Positions 38,944-50,109 of a stretch of DNA of 64,000 bases are shown here, piece by piece. The notes beneath the pieces are model-generated. The model did not search any database. It was given only the letters and a program-made list of their open reading frames with translations, and was not told the origin of the DNA. A program made the position numbers and the translations under genes. This DNA comes from Candidatus Latescibacterota bacterium (GTDB taxonomy: Bacteria > Latescibacterota > UBA2968). The stretch covers positions 5,760,001 to 5,824,000 of the forward strand of contig OZ242311.1 in NCBI GenBank assembly GCA_965207885.1, given 5' to 3'. Positions within the stretch are counted from its first letter, which is position 1, and each line of letters starts with the position of its first letter.

Positions 38944-40071
38944 CTAAAACCACCTCTTGTAATAAAACGGACTACTCTCGTCTTCATTCAACTGCTTTAC
39001 CACCTCATAAAACCACATATCCAGTGGCATCTCGTGTGCATCCAATCGCGGAAAAGGATTAAAATCATCGGACGCCAGCGTCTTGCCAATCGTATCCAGC
39101 ATCCCCAAACCCAACTCCGGCACATCCACGCGCCGGATACCCGCTCTCTCCATCAATTTATCGTACACATAAGACATCGTCGTACCGCCCGGAATAAACG
39201 GCAAAGCGCGCGTCCGCATCACCGGAAAAAACACATCTATCACCTTCCGGTCTGTACCATAAGCCGCAGAAGTTGCCGCATGAAGCGCGTCCTTAGGCAA
39301 ATACAAACTCGTCGAATACGCGCCATTGCGACCGTATTCCACCGCATCTGGATCGCGGCTCGGCTTGTCCAAACTGCCGCGCCAATCGCAAAAAGCCGTC
39401 ACAGCCACGGAAATTCCCGAATCCATCAGCGCATCTGTAAACTGCACAGCCATATCACCCATCAAAAATTTGGTCGCCTCAACAGCACGCTCACTCAAAG
39501 GCGTCAACTGCCACTGGAACAAACCCTCTGCATCGACATCCTTCACAAATGTCGGAGGATAGCCCGGCAACATCCCCGAACTCGCTGCTGCCATAGAATT
39601 GATATAAACCACATCCTCCGCATCGGCTGCTTTGAGCGCATCTACAATTTTATCCAACGCCTTTCCCTCCAATGCGTACCCATCATTAATCCAGTGAAAA
39701 CGGTCGCCCAAATTAGTTGCGCGCCTCTGCATCTCCTCACCCGTCGCATATCCCAGCGACCTCGACAAATCGCGTGCCACCACCGTCAGACTTCCACTTT
39801 CGGCGACCAGATCGAGCAAAGCCACTGCCACCGAACAGCCAATGCCCAGCCCCGTCCCCCCAACAATCACAAAATGTCGTCCCTTTACCCAATCGAGCGC
39901 GTACCGATCCACAGCAACGCGCTGTGCCGACCCTCGCTGATCCAGCAATTTCACAGCCTCTGCCGGAAACGCCTCAACCTCTTCCCTGCTCGGCCGCGAA
40001 AGTGCCGGCGCGCCTTCCACGACACGCACACCCGGCATCGGATTGGCAAATGGACTTGGAAAATCACTCAT
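38944..40071 (-). CDS. Divergent FabV/trans-2-enoyl-CoA reductase-like protein
   Basis: IVGGTGLGIG Rossmann motif, INDGYAL, ATKFLMG, TRALPFIP, RLDAHEM parallel FabV/Ter motifs. Confidence 0.5.
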   Translation of the reverse strand: MSDFPSPFANPMPGVRVVEGAPALSRPSREEVEAFPAEAVKLLDQRGSAQRVAVDRYALDWVKGRHFVIVGGTGLGIGCSVAVALLDLVAESGSLTVVARDLSRSLGYATGEEMQRRATNLGDRFHWINDGYALEGKALDKIVDALKAADAEDVVYINSMAAASSGMLPGYPPTFVKDVDAEGLFQWQLTPLSERAVEATKFLMGDMAVQFTDALMDSGISVAVTAFCDWRGSLDKPSRDPDAVEYGRNGAYSTSLYLPKDALHAATSAAYGTDRKVIDVFFPVMRTRALPFIPGGTTMSYVYDKLMERAGIRRVDVPELGLGMLDTIGKTLASDDFNPFPRLDAHEMPLDMWFYEVVKQLNEDESSPFYYKRWF

Positions 40072-40101
40072 ATTATTTCTCCTGGTAAAATTATTATCCT
40101 C

Positions 40102-42597
40102 CTACCCCACTTCCCACTCAATTGTAAAACCCGTACACTCTTCAAACGCTGGCGCGCGTACACCTGCATCCTCTGGCACCATCGCCACCGGCACCACCAC
40201 GCGATTTTCATTCAGATAAATTTTCGCCGCACCGCGCACGACGCATTCTTCCGGTGTCATTGCCCGCGCTTCTCGGGCAACCTCATCTTGATTGGCTGAC
40301 GGACGCACCCGAATCTCCCATCCAATCCTCTCGCCCACCGCGCTCAGCAACCCGCGATAGCGATTGCCCACCTGAGACGAAATAAAAGCCACCTCAATAT
40401 ACGAACCACTCTTCAGGCCCATTTTTGATGGCGCATGGGGTTGATCCCCAAACACCTTTCGGATCTCGCTATATGCTTTATTGATCTCCCATGCATCCTC
40501 CCTCTTCACTGCGACTTCTGTCTTTACACCCCCTGGCCAATCCAGTATCAAATCAAAACCCGTCTTTGCCTTAAAACCCGCTGCTGCGTCACCGCTTACC
40601 CGCTCCCAATCATCCACCTCACCCACATCAACAGCCAACACCACCGCCTTTTGATCCAGATGCAGCGCAGGCGCTTTCAAAACCCTTGCACCTGCGGGCA
40701 CAGCATCTCGCGCCTCTTCAAAAAGCCGTCCCTGATGCGGCGTCTCCCGCAGCCTGAGAGACCAACCCGTCTCATCCTCCAACCTGAGAAGCGTCTCGCC
40801 ATACTGCTCTTGAACCACATCGGGAAAATAAAAAGCCAGTTCATACACGCCGTCATCTACATACGCGCTGCACTTAAACAACCCCGCCTCGGGCGGAAAA
40901 ATCGACATAATATGCGTGCGGGCTTCATTCATCTCCATCGGCCCGGCTTCTGACACTTCTTTTGGATGGAACAAATAAGCGCGCCGATAATCCGGCTCAA
41001 AAAATTCCCGCGAACCCGACAACAACAACCGAAAAGCCTCCACCTCTGACGGCGTCGTCATCTCCGTACCAAACCACATCTCCGCCAATTCCTGTGCGCG
41101 GAACGGCCCCTGTGCGCCCGTTTCCAACACATAATTGTGTACCTCCGCAAGCGTATCATCGCTCAGCGCTCTTCCGCCTGCAATACCCGCCCGTGAAACG
41201 CGCCGACCATAGCCGCGTTGTCGCATCGTCCGCATTGCCTCCACGGAATATGCACCGCCATTTTCTGGCAACTGCACGCCCTCTGGCAAATATACATCCA
41301 CCATCGAAGACAGTGCGCCGCGCGCCTCTGCATCGCCGTGAACGAGAAAACAGGTACGCGGTTTCAACCTCTGAACCAACCCCGTCAGTTCACCCCCATC
41401 TGCATGCGCCGAAAGCGAATAGGGTTCCACCTGACACGCCACCCGCACGCGCTGACCATTCAGCATCAACACCCGCTCTTCAGAGTCCCGTGCCTGCATC
41501 AGATTCAACAGCGCACGCCCGGGAGACTCCTCATCCTGATACCCCGTTATCGCAATCAAATTCGCCGCATCGCCAGCCAAACGCTCGGCATAAAAACTCG
41601 ACGCACCTCCGATCAACATCCCCGAAGACGCCACAATACAACACGGCGGCCCCGACAAAACCCGGCGGCGATCAGCCGGTGACGACACCGCCCCCACAGC
41701 ATCCGAATAAAAAACATCCTCACCGCGCTCTGCCCTGCGCCGCACCGCTGGCGCGAGATCATCTCCAAACGCCGAATACACCGCATTGACCGACCGCACC
41801 ATCCCATCGACAAACACGGGAAACTCCGGAATCTGCTTGCGCCGCATCGCCCGCGCCAAAATCAGAATAACCTCCTGTGCACGCCCCACGGCAAAAGCGG
41901 GAACCAGCACCTTGCCCCCCGCTTCAATCACCTCGGCCACGCGCAATGCAAGCGCGGCCTCTTGCTGGGCGCGATCCGCGTGCTGGCGATTGCCATACGT
42001 CGATTCCATCACCATCACATCGGGTCGGCACTGCGGCACCACCATGCCCGGAATAGTCAGTTGATTGGCAACCGACACATCGCCCGTCATCAAAACACTT
42101 TCTCGCACACCCTCAATATAGATCAACGCCGCACCCAGAATATGCCCGGCAGGAATCCATGTCGCGGTCAACGCGCCATCGCAAATCGGCACCGTCGCAA
42201 GCCACGGCACATCCACCATGCGCCCCAATGCCGCATCGGCCGCCTCCGGCGGATAAAGCGGCAACTCGCCATCCCGGTCTTGCGCCATCAGTTTCACAGC
42301 ATCTGACAACAACACCCGTGTAATCGCCTGTGTTGCAGACGTAGAATACACCTTCACATCCGCCGGCAGACTATTCACCAACACCGGCAACGCACCCGTA
42401 TGATCGGTATGCGCGTGTGTAATCAACACCTCATCGGGCATACCCACATCGTCCAGCACAGAAAAATTGGGCAACTGCGACCCCTGTGCAGCCCCCATTC
42501 GAATACCCGCATCCACCAGAATGCGTCGCCCTTCAATCTCAATTAATGTACAGGAAGCACCGACCTCGTCAGCACCGCCCAAAAAATGGAGTTTCAT
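40102..42597 (-). CDS. Metallo-beta-lactamase beta-CASP ribonuclease with long C-terminal extension
   Basis: FLGGADEVGASC, THAHTDH, GHILG, MESTYG, AVGRAQE, SAHAD. Confidence 0.9.
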   Translation of the reverse strand: MKLHFLGGADEVGASCTLIEIEGRRILVDAGIRMGAAQGSQLPNFSVLDDVGMPDEVLITHAHTDHTGALPVLVNSLPADVKVYSTSATQAITRVLLSDAVKLMAQDRDGELPLYPPEAADAALGRMVDVPWLATVPICDGALTATWIPAGHILGAALIYIEGVRESVLMTGDVSVANQLTIPGMVVPQCRPDVMVMESTYGNRQHADRAQQEAALALRVAEVIEAGGKVLVPAFAVGRAQEVILILARAMRRKQIPEFPVFVDGMVRSVNAVYSAFGDDLAPAVRRRAERGEDVFYSDAVGAVSSPADRRRVLSGPPCCIVASSGMLIGGASSFYAERLAGDAANLIAITGYQDEESPGRALLNLMQARDSEERVLMLNGQRVRVACQVEPYSLSAHADGGELTGLVQRLKPRTCFLVHGDAEARGALSSMVDVYLPEGVQLPENGGAYSVEAMRTMRQRGYGRRVSRAGIAGGRALSDDTLAEVHNYVLETGAQGPFRAQELAEMWFGTEMTTPSEVEAFRLLLSGSREFFEPDYRRAYLFHPKEVSEAGPMEMNEARTHIMSIFPPEAGLFKCSAYVDDGVYELAFYFPDVVQEQYGETLLRLEDETGWSLRLRETPHQGRLFEEARDAVPAGARVLKAPALHLDQKAVVLAVDVGEVDDWERVSGDAAAGFKAKTGFDLILDWPGGVKTEVAVKREDAWEINKAYSEIRKVFGDQPHAPSKMGLKSGSYIEVAFISSQVGNRYRGLLSAVGERIGWEIRVRPSANQDEVAREARAMTPEECVVRGAAKIYLNENRVVVPVAMVPEDAGVRAPAFEECTGFTIEWEVG

Positions 42598-42693
42598 AAA
42601 TAGTTTTAAGTTGTCCAAAAAGTTAAAACGCGCTATTTTTCCCCTGAGACTACCCATACCCAACACATTGCGCGAAATCGGTATCTTTTAACT

Positions 42694-43713
42694 ATGATCC
42701 CACGTCCCTATCTTTTAATCCTCTTAGCTATCCTGCTCTTCGGCTGTACTGAACGCCAGGTCCGCATCCACTTTGAACAGGCAGAAAAATATCGCCACGA
42801 AGGCAAAATCGACCTCGCAATCGAAGAATACAAAGCCATCCTCGGGCTTCGTCCCGATGCGATTGACGCCCTCAACAACCTCGGATATCTCTACGTTGGA
42901 AAAGGCCAGTATGCCAATGCCATAGCACAATATCAAAAAGCCATAGCCGTCAAACCCGACTTTGCCGAAGCCCACTTCAACCTGGGCGTCGCCTATGTCG
43001 CGTATAGTCAACTCGACAGCGCCATAGCCGCTTACCAGCGCGCCCTCCAATACGACCCCGAAAACCATGAAATCCACAACAACCTGGGCGCTGCCCACAC
43101 CATGGTAGGCAATCTCACAGAAGCCGAAGTCAGCTACCAGCAGGCCTTAAAACTCAAACCCGACTACGCCGACGTGTACCACAACCTGGGCCTGCTCTAC
43201 ACTTATGAAAGCCGATATCGAGACGCCATCCCACAATACGAAAAAGCCATCCGCTACAAACCCAATTTTGCCGACGCGTACAATAACATGGGCAGTGCGC
43301 ACCTCGAATTGGGCCAATATGAAGACGCCATCCAGCACTTTCAAACCGCCGTCCGTCTCCAACCCAATCACGCACTCGCCCAGGAAAACCTTCGAGAAAC
43401 CAAAACGCGCATGGACGCGCTCCAAAGAGCACGCGAAGCCGGAGAAATGCGCGCCCAACACATCCTCGTCAAAACCGAAGCCGACGCCCAGCTTGTGCTC
43501 GACCAACTCGACTCAGGCGCAAAATTTGAAGCGCTCGCACAACTCTATTCCACCGACACGGCATCGGGGCGACAGGGCGGCGACCTCGGCGCATTTCTGC
43601 CCGGCACCCTCTTGCCCAAATTTGAACAAGCCGTAAAGAAAATCGAACCCGGTCAGATCGGCGGACCCGTCAAAACCCCGGCCGGTTATCACATCATCAA
43701 ACGCATCTATTAA
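42694..43713 (+). CDS. TPR lipoprotein with PpiC-type peptidyl-prolyl isomerase
   Basis: Lipobox LFGC, multiple TPRs, HILVK...GGDLG...GYHIIK. Confidence 0.9.
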   Translation: MIPRPYLLILLAILLFGCTERQVRIHFEQAEKYRHEGKIDLAIEEYKAILGLRPDAIDALNNLGYLYVGKGQYANAIAQYQKAIAVKPDFAEAHFNLGVAYVAYSQLDSAIAAYQRALQYDPENHEIHNNLGAAHTMVGNLTEAEVSYQQALKLKPDYADVYHNLGLLYTYESRYRDAIPQYEKAIRYKPNFADAYNNMGSAHLELGQYEDAIQHFQTAVRLQPNHALAQENLRETKTRMDALQRAREAGEMRAQHILVKTEADAQLVLDQLDSGAKFEALAQLYSTDTASGRQGGDLGAFLPGTLLPKFEQAVKKIEPGQIGGPVKTPAGYHIIKRIY

Positions 43714-43717
43714 CCCC

Positions 43718-46588
43718 TCAATCACCCAGCAAAAACCGCGCCTGCTTGCTCACGCTGGGCGTATTCGGTTTGTTCAAATCCGTCACCACCACCTCAATCT
43801 CCAACTGCTCTTTGCTATTCTCGGGCACATCCAGCGCAATATAAAGCGGTTCCGATATCGCAGTACCCGTATGCTCATAAGAAATCTGCACCCCATCAGC
43901 CCGTGGCGTTTGGCCCAACAACCGTCCCAATCCCCGAATCACGCCCGTACTCTGTACCCCCTTAAGCCTGTACTCCACGCGGTAACTCGTTTGCCCAAAC
44001 GCATCCTGGCTCAAATTGTAAACCTCGTAATAGAGATAAACCGGTTGCCCCTTCGCAAAAATCTTAGACGGCAAAGGCACCACCCGCAAATCCCCCTTTT
44101 GGAACTTCCCTGCCTGCTCTCCCACCTCGACAATCTGCCCCGCCAGTTCCAGATCGCTCAGCGCCAGAGCTTCACCGCGGAAAGATGAAACCGCGACATA
44201 AGTCTTATGCACCTGAACCTTTCGGCTTATTGGATCGCGCACCTGAGTACCCAATAAATACTGTCCCGGAGACAGCGCTGCACGCACCTGATCCACCATC
44301 AGCGTCCCCTTCTCTGCCTGCCCACTTATCGCTTCAGCCACCCGCACGCTATCCCGAAAAACCGGCCTCAGCGAACGATCATAGACCACCACGTCTCGAT
44401 CCAGCATCACCTGTGAATTTCCCGACGGCGTCAAAGCGGCCATTGGCACACCCATATACGTCTCCATAGCTGTCTCGCGCTCAGATTCGCGGAAATTTGC
44501 CGTGTACATATAAAAATCCAGAGGATCGCCCCCGTAATCGTGCATATAAATCGAAGGCGATTGAGACACAACTTGTGCCACAACCGTCTCGGGCGCCATC
44601 CGCGACCACAGCGCGTGATTGGGCGAATTGGGCGGGATAGGCGCGAAATCGAAAAACCCACTACCCGTCGGATCCAGAAATGTAATCTCGATCCCCCCGC
44701 CGATCTCGGCATAAATCCATGACTCCCACTTATACCCCAGTTCAGACCCATCGAGCATAACACTGCGCCTGCGCGGTATCGGGAAAGTCGGCACACCCCT
44801 TAATTCAGACGTCTCAGACTCCACCCCAAATCCATAAGACGACCGCGACTGCCCGTGTATATGCTTGCTCGGCGACACTTCTTCAAGCGCATTTGCAGCC
44901 ATCATATTCAGGCGGTTCTTCACCTTTGCGACTTTTTCATCCGTCTCAAACACCAGATAATCCGACCAGCTCTGATGATCCGGGTGCCCCAGCCGGATGT
45001 ACACATCGCCTCGCCGGTCCCACCCCCGGCCGTGCCACTCTTCCAGGCCCTCGACAAAATTTGAACGCGCAAAATGCACCCGCCGATAATGCTCAACGCG
45101 GCGCTCGTTCACCTGTGTCGTCGGCGTGGGATCCTGCTCCAACCAGAAAACTTCTCGAAGCTGTGTTAGCGACCGCCCAAAAGCACTCTGAATTTTGGAA
45201 AGCACTTCCGCAGAAGCCACCAGAGACAAATCCTGATAGTATTCCCGCTCTGTCGGATCCAAAAACTGAAAATAGCGCTCAAAAGCCGCCTGTGCCTGGA
45301 CAAAATCCCCCCGCTCAACATGCATCTCGGCCAAAAGCGGCAGATACTCTTTCGGCTTTGTCTGTGCCATCTCCTTCAACTCGTCCAGACTATAAGTCTT
45401 CTTCCCCGCGCTCTTCAGCCGCATCGCCACATACGCCAGACGCGCAGGCGTAATGGGATGGCCGGGATTTACCGCTATCTGCCGCGAATACGCTTTCATC
45501 GCCTTGTCGTAATAGCGCAGCGACTCGTAAAAAACGCCCAGCTTGAAATACGCGTCATAGTGATCGGGAAAAAGCTCCACTACATTGCCAAAATAGTGAT
45601 CCAGATCCACCCGATCCATCCCCACCATTGCCAGATGGCACATCCCCAGATTGTAGTGCGCCGCCGTATAGGCTTTGTCCATCGCGCAGGTCTCGCGGAA
45701 CAACCTCAGTGACCGAGACTTCTGGCCCGGCATCTTCAACGCCGCCAGTGCCCGCCCATTGCGCGCCTCCACAAATTTCCTCTGCTTCTTAATCGCCTTT
45801 AAAAACAACTCCTCTGCTTCTTTTACCTCATCCTGCTCCAGGCGAAGATAGCCCAGCGCGCACATCGCCACCACATCATTCGGGTGTAAAATCAGCATCC
45901 GATCACAAATACGGGCAGCATCCGTCACCAGCTTTTCATCCGGAGCCTGTGCCCGCGTGATATACTTATTCGGAATCAGCCCCCCCCGCTCAAAATACGC
46001 ATCTGACACCGTCACATAGCGACGCCCAAAGTGGTAACCGTAATAATACTTCAGCACCAGCGGATTGCGCGCCTGCCAGAACCGCGCCAAAAACAGTCCC
46101 TTATTCTTCCGATCCAGAGCCTTGTAAAAAGCCGCCGTATCCGCACTGGCCACCTCTCCCAAAATCAAACCCGCCACCTGATCTTCAAACTCGCCAAAAC
46201 TCGCCTGCAATTCCGCCCCGGCGACCTCCTGATCCTCCTCCTCTGCCTTGTCCTCTCGCTCCAAAATTTTGATATGTACCCGCGCCACCCGAAGCTCGCC
46301 CAGCAAAGACTTGATCACCACCTCTGTCTCAGACTCTGACACAAGCTCACCCTTCAACACCGTACCATCCTCCAGTAACACAGTAACATTGCGCGAAGGC
46401 TGCTCTATCATTTTAATCAGCGACTTTTTTATCCGCAGTTCGCCCATCGCCGTCTTGAGCACCACCTCATCCTCAGACTCTGACACAAGCTCGCCCTTCA
46501 ACACCGTGCCATCCTCCAGCAACACCGTTGCGCCATAAGCAGACACAACCACCAAAAAGAGACAAAGTGCAATTAAAAAAGTCTTCAT
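43718..46588 (-). CDS. GWxTD-domain TPR protein
   Basis: DPTPTT..NERRVEHYRRV, WDRRGDVYIRLGHP; duplicated N-terminal VLLEDGTVLKGELVSESE. Confidence 0.8.
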   Translation of the reverse strand: MKTFLIALCLFLVVVSAYGATVLLEDGTVLKGELVSESEDEVVLKTAMGELRIKKSLIKMIEQPSRNVTVLLEDGTVLKGELVSESETEVVIKSLLGELRVARVHIKILEREDKAEEEDQEVAGAELQASFGEFEDQVAGLILGEVASADTAAFYKALDRKNKGLFLARFWQARNPLVLKYYYGYHFGRRYVTVSDAYFERGGLIPNKYITRAQAPDEKLVTDAARICDRMLILHPNDVVAMCALGYLRLEQDEVKEAEELFLKAIKKQRKFVEARNGRALAALKMPGQKSRSLRLFRETCAMDKAYTAAHYNLGMCHLAMVGMDRVDLDHYFGNVVELFPDHYDAYFKLGVFYESLRYYDKAMKAYSRQIAVNPGHPITPARLAYVAMRLKSAGKKTYSLDELKEMAQTKPKEYLPLLAEMHVERGDFVQAQAAFERYFQFLDPTEREYYQDLSLVASAEVLSKIQSAFGRSLTQLREVFWLEQDPTPTTQVNERRVEHYRRVHFARSNFVEGLEEWHGRGWDRRGDVYIRLGHPDHQSWSDYLVFETDEKVAKVKNRLNMMAANALEEVSPSKHIHGQSRSSYGFGVESETSELRGVPTFPIPRRRSVMLDGSELGYKWESWIYAEIGGGIEITFLDPTGSGFFDFAPIPPNSPNHALWSRMAPETVVAQVVSQSPSIYMHDYGGDPLDFYMYTANFRESERETAMETYMGVPMAALTPSGNSQVMLDRDVVVYDRSLRPVFRDSVRVAEAISGQAEKGTLMVDQVRAALSPGQYLLGTQVRDPISRKVQVHKTYVAVSSFRGEALALSDLELAGQIVEVGEQAGKFQKGDLRVVPLPSKIFAKGQPVYLYYEVYNLSQDAFGQTSYRVEYRLKGVQSTGVIRGLGRLLGQTPRADGVQISYEHTGTAISEPLYIALDVPENSKEQLEIEVVVTDLNKPNTPSVSKQARFLLGD

Positions 46589-46741
46589 ATTACATCACTC
46601 TCCTGAAGAACCCCGGCAAAGGCAAATACAATACCCCTTCCCCGCACACCTGTCAAGCCATGAAAAAACGGCGGAAGGACATAGCGTCCCTCCGCCGTTG
46701 TGATACTGTTCACAGGGCAGTCAGCAAACCACCCCCTGATG

Positions 46742-47860
46742 TTAGAAGGTAACAGCAGCGCTGAGGATATGCACCGAAGAGAAGAAAGCACTATCAAACT
46801 GCTTAAATGCATAATCCACCTTCACGCCCTGACCACCTTCGGTCTTAAACTGCAACCCACCACCCGCAGAGATACCCTCTGTATCGTGGTTGGTCTTGTA
46901 CCCACCTCGCAGCGTAAAGCCGATTGAGGACCCCGCTGCGCGATACGTATATTCGGCGCCGACGTGAATGCGCTCATCAAAATCGATGGGATTGTTCACA
47001 TCCAGAGCCAGGTCCAGATGGTGTGGCACAGGCGTATTGCCCATCATCGAAATCACATCGATGAGCAGGCCCAGGCGGATATTCCTCGGCAACTCAAACT
47101 GCTCCCGCTGATAAACCACCTCTGTGCTAAAATTCTGCACACTCATCGCCATCACCGTATTCCGGAACCCCGTATTGAAATACGTGCCCAGATCAAAGGC
47201 AAAGGCATTCTTGGAATTATCCACCGTCTGCCTGGAGGCTCCCAAAAAGATATTGCCAGTACCCAGGTCCTGATGGGCCATCCTGAGGGTCGCTCCTGCG
47301 GAAAAACGGTCGGTAATTTTAAGACCATAAGCCGCGGAAATGGCATAATTGCTGGTGGTAATCTCGCCCTCGTCTTTGAATCCGGCGCCAGCGGGATTTG
47401 GATCAATTGATGTTCCGTTGACAGTACCCGCATCGAAAGTCACAATCGAAAGACCGAACGTCCCTCTGCCCGGCACATTCACTGCAACGCCCGCGATCAT
47501 ACTCTTGGTATCGACGAGCCAATCGACATAAGTGACATGTGCTTCCCGGCCTTCCATAAAAGCCAGCGCACCCGGATTGAAAAGAATCGCCGAACCACTG
47601 CCGATCAACCCCACCCCGGCACCACCGAGAGCAGCGGTGCGCGCATCGGTGGGAATAGACAGGAAAGCAAAACCAGCCTGCCCGGTCTTGATAAACGTCG
47701 GCGAGGCTTCTTCAAAGCCCGGAACAATGGGATCCAGTTCTCGAACGCGACCATCAAAGTTATCGGTCACGCCAGTCGCAACGCTCCCCTGGGCAAACAC
47801 ATCGCTCGGCATCAGCCCCGCACACACAAGCGCAATCAGAATATATTTTTTCACGATCAT
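46742..47860 (-). CDS. PorV/PorQ-family outer membrane beta-barrel
   Basis: FLSIPTDARTAALGGA, FNPGAL, C-terminal Phe. Confidence 0.8.
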   Translation of the reverse strand: MIVKKYILIALVCAGLMPSDVFAQGSVATGVTDNFDGRVRELDPIVPGFEEASPTFIKTGQAGFAFLSIPTDARTAALGGAGVGLIGSGSAILFNPGALAFMEGREAHVTYVDWLVDTKSMIAGVAVNVPGRGTFGLSIVTFDAGTVNGTSIDPNPAGAGFKDEGEITTSNYAISAAYGLKITDRFSAGATLRMAHQDLGTGNIFLGASRQTVDNSKNAFAFDLGTYFNTGFRNTVMAMSVQNFSTEVVYQREQFELPRNIRLGLLIDVISMMGNTPVPHHLDLALDVNNPIDFDERIHVGAEYTYRAAGSSIGFTLRGGYKTNHDTEGISAGGGLQFKTEGGQGVKVDYAFKQFDSAFFSSVHILSAAVTF

Positions 47861-47869
47861 CCTCCTTGT

Positions 47870-50026
47870 TTAGCGAACCACAATGAATTTCTCGATATGA
47901 GTGCCCGGAACCTGAGGATCCCTGCTCTCAATATGTGCAAAGTAGATACCCGACACCAGGAACTGGTTATTGTCGTTAATCATCAAATCCCACGACAGAT
48001 CGCCAGAACCCGCAGTGTGCTCAAACTCCTGAATCAGATCGCCGGTTATCGAGAAAATACGGATGATCGCGCTTGCAGGCAGATTTACGAATAGTAGTTT
48101 ATTAGCCTGACCCGTAAAATTGAATCCACCTTGCTCTAAATCGCCGCCCTGAATCTGGAAAGGATTTGGCACAATCCGCACACTCGTAATATCTCGTCCG
48201 GGCGCGCGGAACGGACTCACGCCATCCCCCAGAGTGCGGGTGGCAAAATAGCTGCTCTCCAGACCATTGGCATCAACGGCTGTAACCGCGTAATAATACC
48301 GCGTACCGCGAATCACAGTATCGTCATTGTAAGATGTACCATTGACCGTGAAAACATCCCGCAGACCGGGTGGTTTTGTCTGAAAACCCGCCATGCGATA
48401 AACCCGGTATGAAGCCGCACCGGGAACAGCAGCCCAGGAAAGTTCGTTTTGATCCGGACCAGATGTTATTTCTACCCGTGAGGGCCAATCTGGCGTAGGT
48501 GGCAAAACGGGCTGCAAACCAACCACCGAGTTTACCTCGCGGTTGTTCCAAGCCTTGTGCGCCACATCTACTGCCGCCTTCAGGGAATCCAGGCCGCTGT
48601 TGAGAAAAGCTTCTTTCTGATCAAAAGAAATAGAACCTTCCGACCACTTTCTGCCCATCTCCTTATTCGCGGCAATGGATGGACCCGTAACAATCCAGGC
48701 CGACACAATGTGAATGCTCTCGCCGGGATTCAGTTCGGGCCAGGGACCAAATGTCACCATCCATTCCCAGTATCCCTGCTGAGACTCCACGGACGTCGCT
48801 ACGTCTCTAATGCGCTCGGCCCGCGTCGTATTCGACAGCGTGTAAAAGTCGTGTACAGCTCCCATATCCGCACTATCTGTGGTAATCCAACTGGCGTCTG
48901 GCACCCAGCGGGCAACGCGCGGCTGCCGCATTTCGGGGTCAGACTCATTCATATCGTCCAGCCAGTTGTCGGAAAGCGTATTGGGATCGCTCACCGGCGT
49001 CTTATCCACGTGCAAGAACAACCGACCTTTGTATTCGGACTCGAGAAACTCACCCGCATCGACCAGTGCCTCGCGGATCTCGTCCAACTTCGGAACACCC
49101 GCCGCAGGTGCCGGTTCGCCGCGGTCATCGCCATCGGGCCGGGTACCTGTGCGGTCTGAAGCATTGCCATCGTAGGAATACATCAGCTTGAGTTCGTCAT
49201 CCCAGTTGTTCACCTCATCGAGAATCCCGTGCTCGATTCCCGCGTCAAACGGACGCGAATCATTTCCAAAAGTCGGCGTGATGTGAGAACCACCAGAGGG
49301 ACCGCGATTGGCCGCCTGCATAAACCAGTGGAAGCCGAGATGGAAATTTTGCAGCATCGGGTTCTTGTCGCGGGTTTCCGGACTCAAGTCTGTGCCGCGC
49401 TCACCGGTTCGCACATCGGGCACGCGGGGATTTTCGGGATATGTAAAGGTCTCAATCTGAAAAATAATATCCTGTGCTTCGGTATTCGCCCATTTCCACG
49501 TCTGGGTCCTCTGGTGGATACCGCCAGTATGGACGCGCTGACCTTCGTTGTACACATCCGAACCCAGCCCGGGAATCACAGCCTCAAACTGGTCGGCAGG
49601 CAAGCCATCAAAGCGGGTATCAAAAATCGTCCATGCCTCCCGCTTGATCTCCGCGCCATCCTGGATCAGCAGAGGTGGCTGAATGCGAAATGCCTTGGGA
49701 GAACCTTTGCCCACCGCATTGAAGAAAGAACTCGAAATATCGGCAAGGTCATCAGTACCGTCGTTGACGTACTTGGAAATGGTGGTATTGGCGAGTTCTG
49801 GAAAATGCGCGGAGTAGCTGGGCATATTGAAATTATCCATAATAATCGCAGATCTCAGCCCCCAGTTTCGAGCGACCAGATAGCGAATATCTGGATTGGT
49901 GCGCGTCTCGTCCAGACCGCCGGGCCAGGTTGTGCCCCAGTTCCGTCCCGGATTTTGTGCAAAGGCACTTCCCGAAGAGACCAGCAATCCCAGAACGATC
50001 AGAAGGGGTACATATCGTCTCATCAT
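47870..50026 (-). CDS. Secreted protein with FN3 and T9SS-like C-terminal domain
   Basis: YYYAVTAVD, IVPNPF, IFSITGDLI, SGIYFAHI. Confidence 0.75.
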   Translation of the reverse strand: MMRRYVPLLIVLGLLVSSGSAFAQNPGRNWGTTWPGGLDETRTNPDIRYLVARNWGLRSAIIMDNFNMPSYSAHFPELANTTISKYVNDGTDDLADISSSFFNAVGKGSPKAFRIQPPLLIQDGAEIKREAWTIFDTRFDGLPADQFEAVIPGLGSDVYNEGQRVHTGGIHQRTQTWKWANTEAQDIIFQIETFTYPENPRVPDVRTGERGTDLSPETRDKNPMLQNFHLGFHWFMQAANRGPSGGSHITPTFGNDSRPFDAGIEHGILDEVNNWDDELKLMYSYDGNASDRTGTRPDGDDRGEPAPAAGVPKLDEIREALVDAGEFLESEYKGRLFLHVDKTPVSDPNTLSDNWLDDMNESDPEMRQPRVARWVPDASWITTDSADMGAVHDFYTLSNTTRAERIRDVATSVESQQGYWEWMVTFGPWPELNPGESIHIVSAWIVTGPSIAANKEMGRKWSEGSISFDQKEAFLNSGLDSLKAAVDVAHKAWNNREVNSVVGLQPVLPPTPDWPSRVEITSGPDQNELSWAAVPGAASYRVYRMAGFQTKPPGLRDVFTVNGTSYNDDTVIRGTRYYYAVTAVDANGLESSYFATRTLGDGVSPFRAPGRDITSVRIVPNPFQIQGGDLEQGGFNFTGQANKLLFVNLPASAIIRIFSITGDLIQEFEHTAGSGDLSWDLMINDNNQFLVSGIYFAHIESRDPQVPGTHIEKFIVVR

Positions 50027-50109
50027 AACAAATTATCTCCTGAAAAAAACAGATTGCAAACCTCCCCGGTTCCCCTCAAGTGCGAAAGGAACCGGAAGAG
50101 GTCTCAAAA

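Noticed and set aside
38848-40299. Long + strand ORFs (also 50221-51645 and 51805-53400)
   Set aside because: They are antisense shadows of well-supported minus-strand genes and lack recognisable motifs
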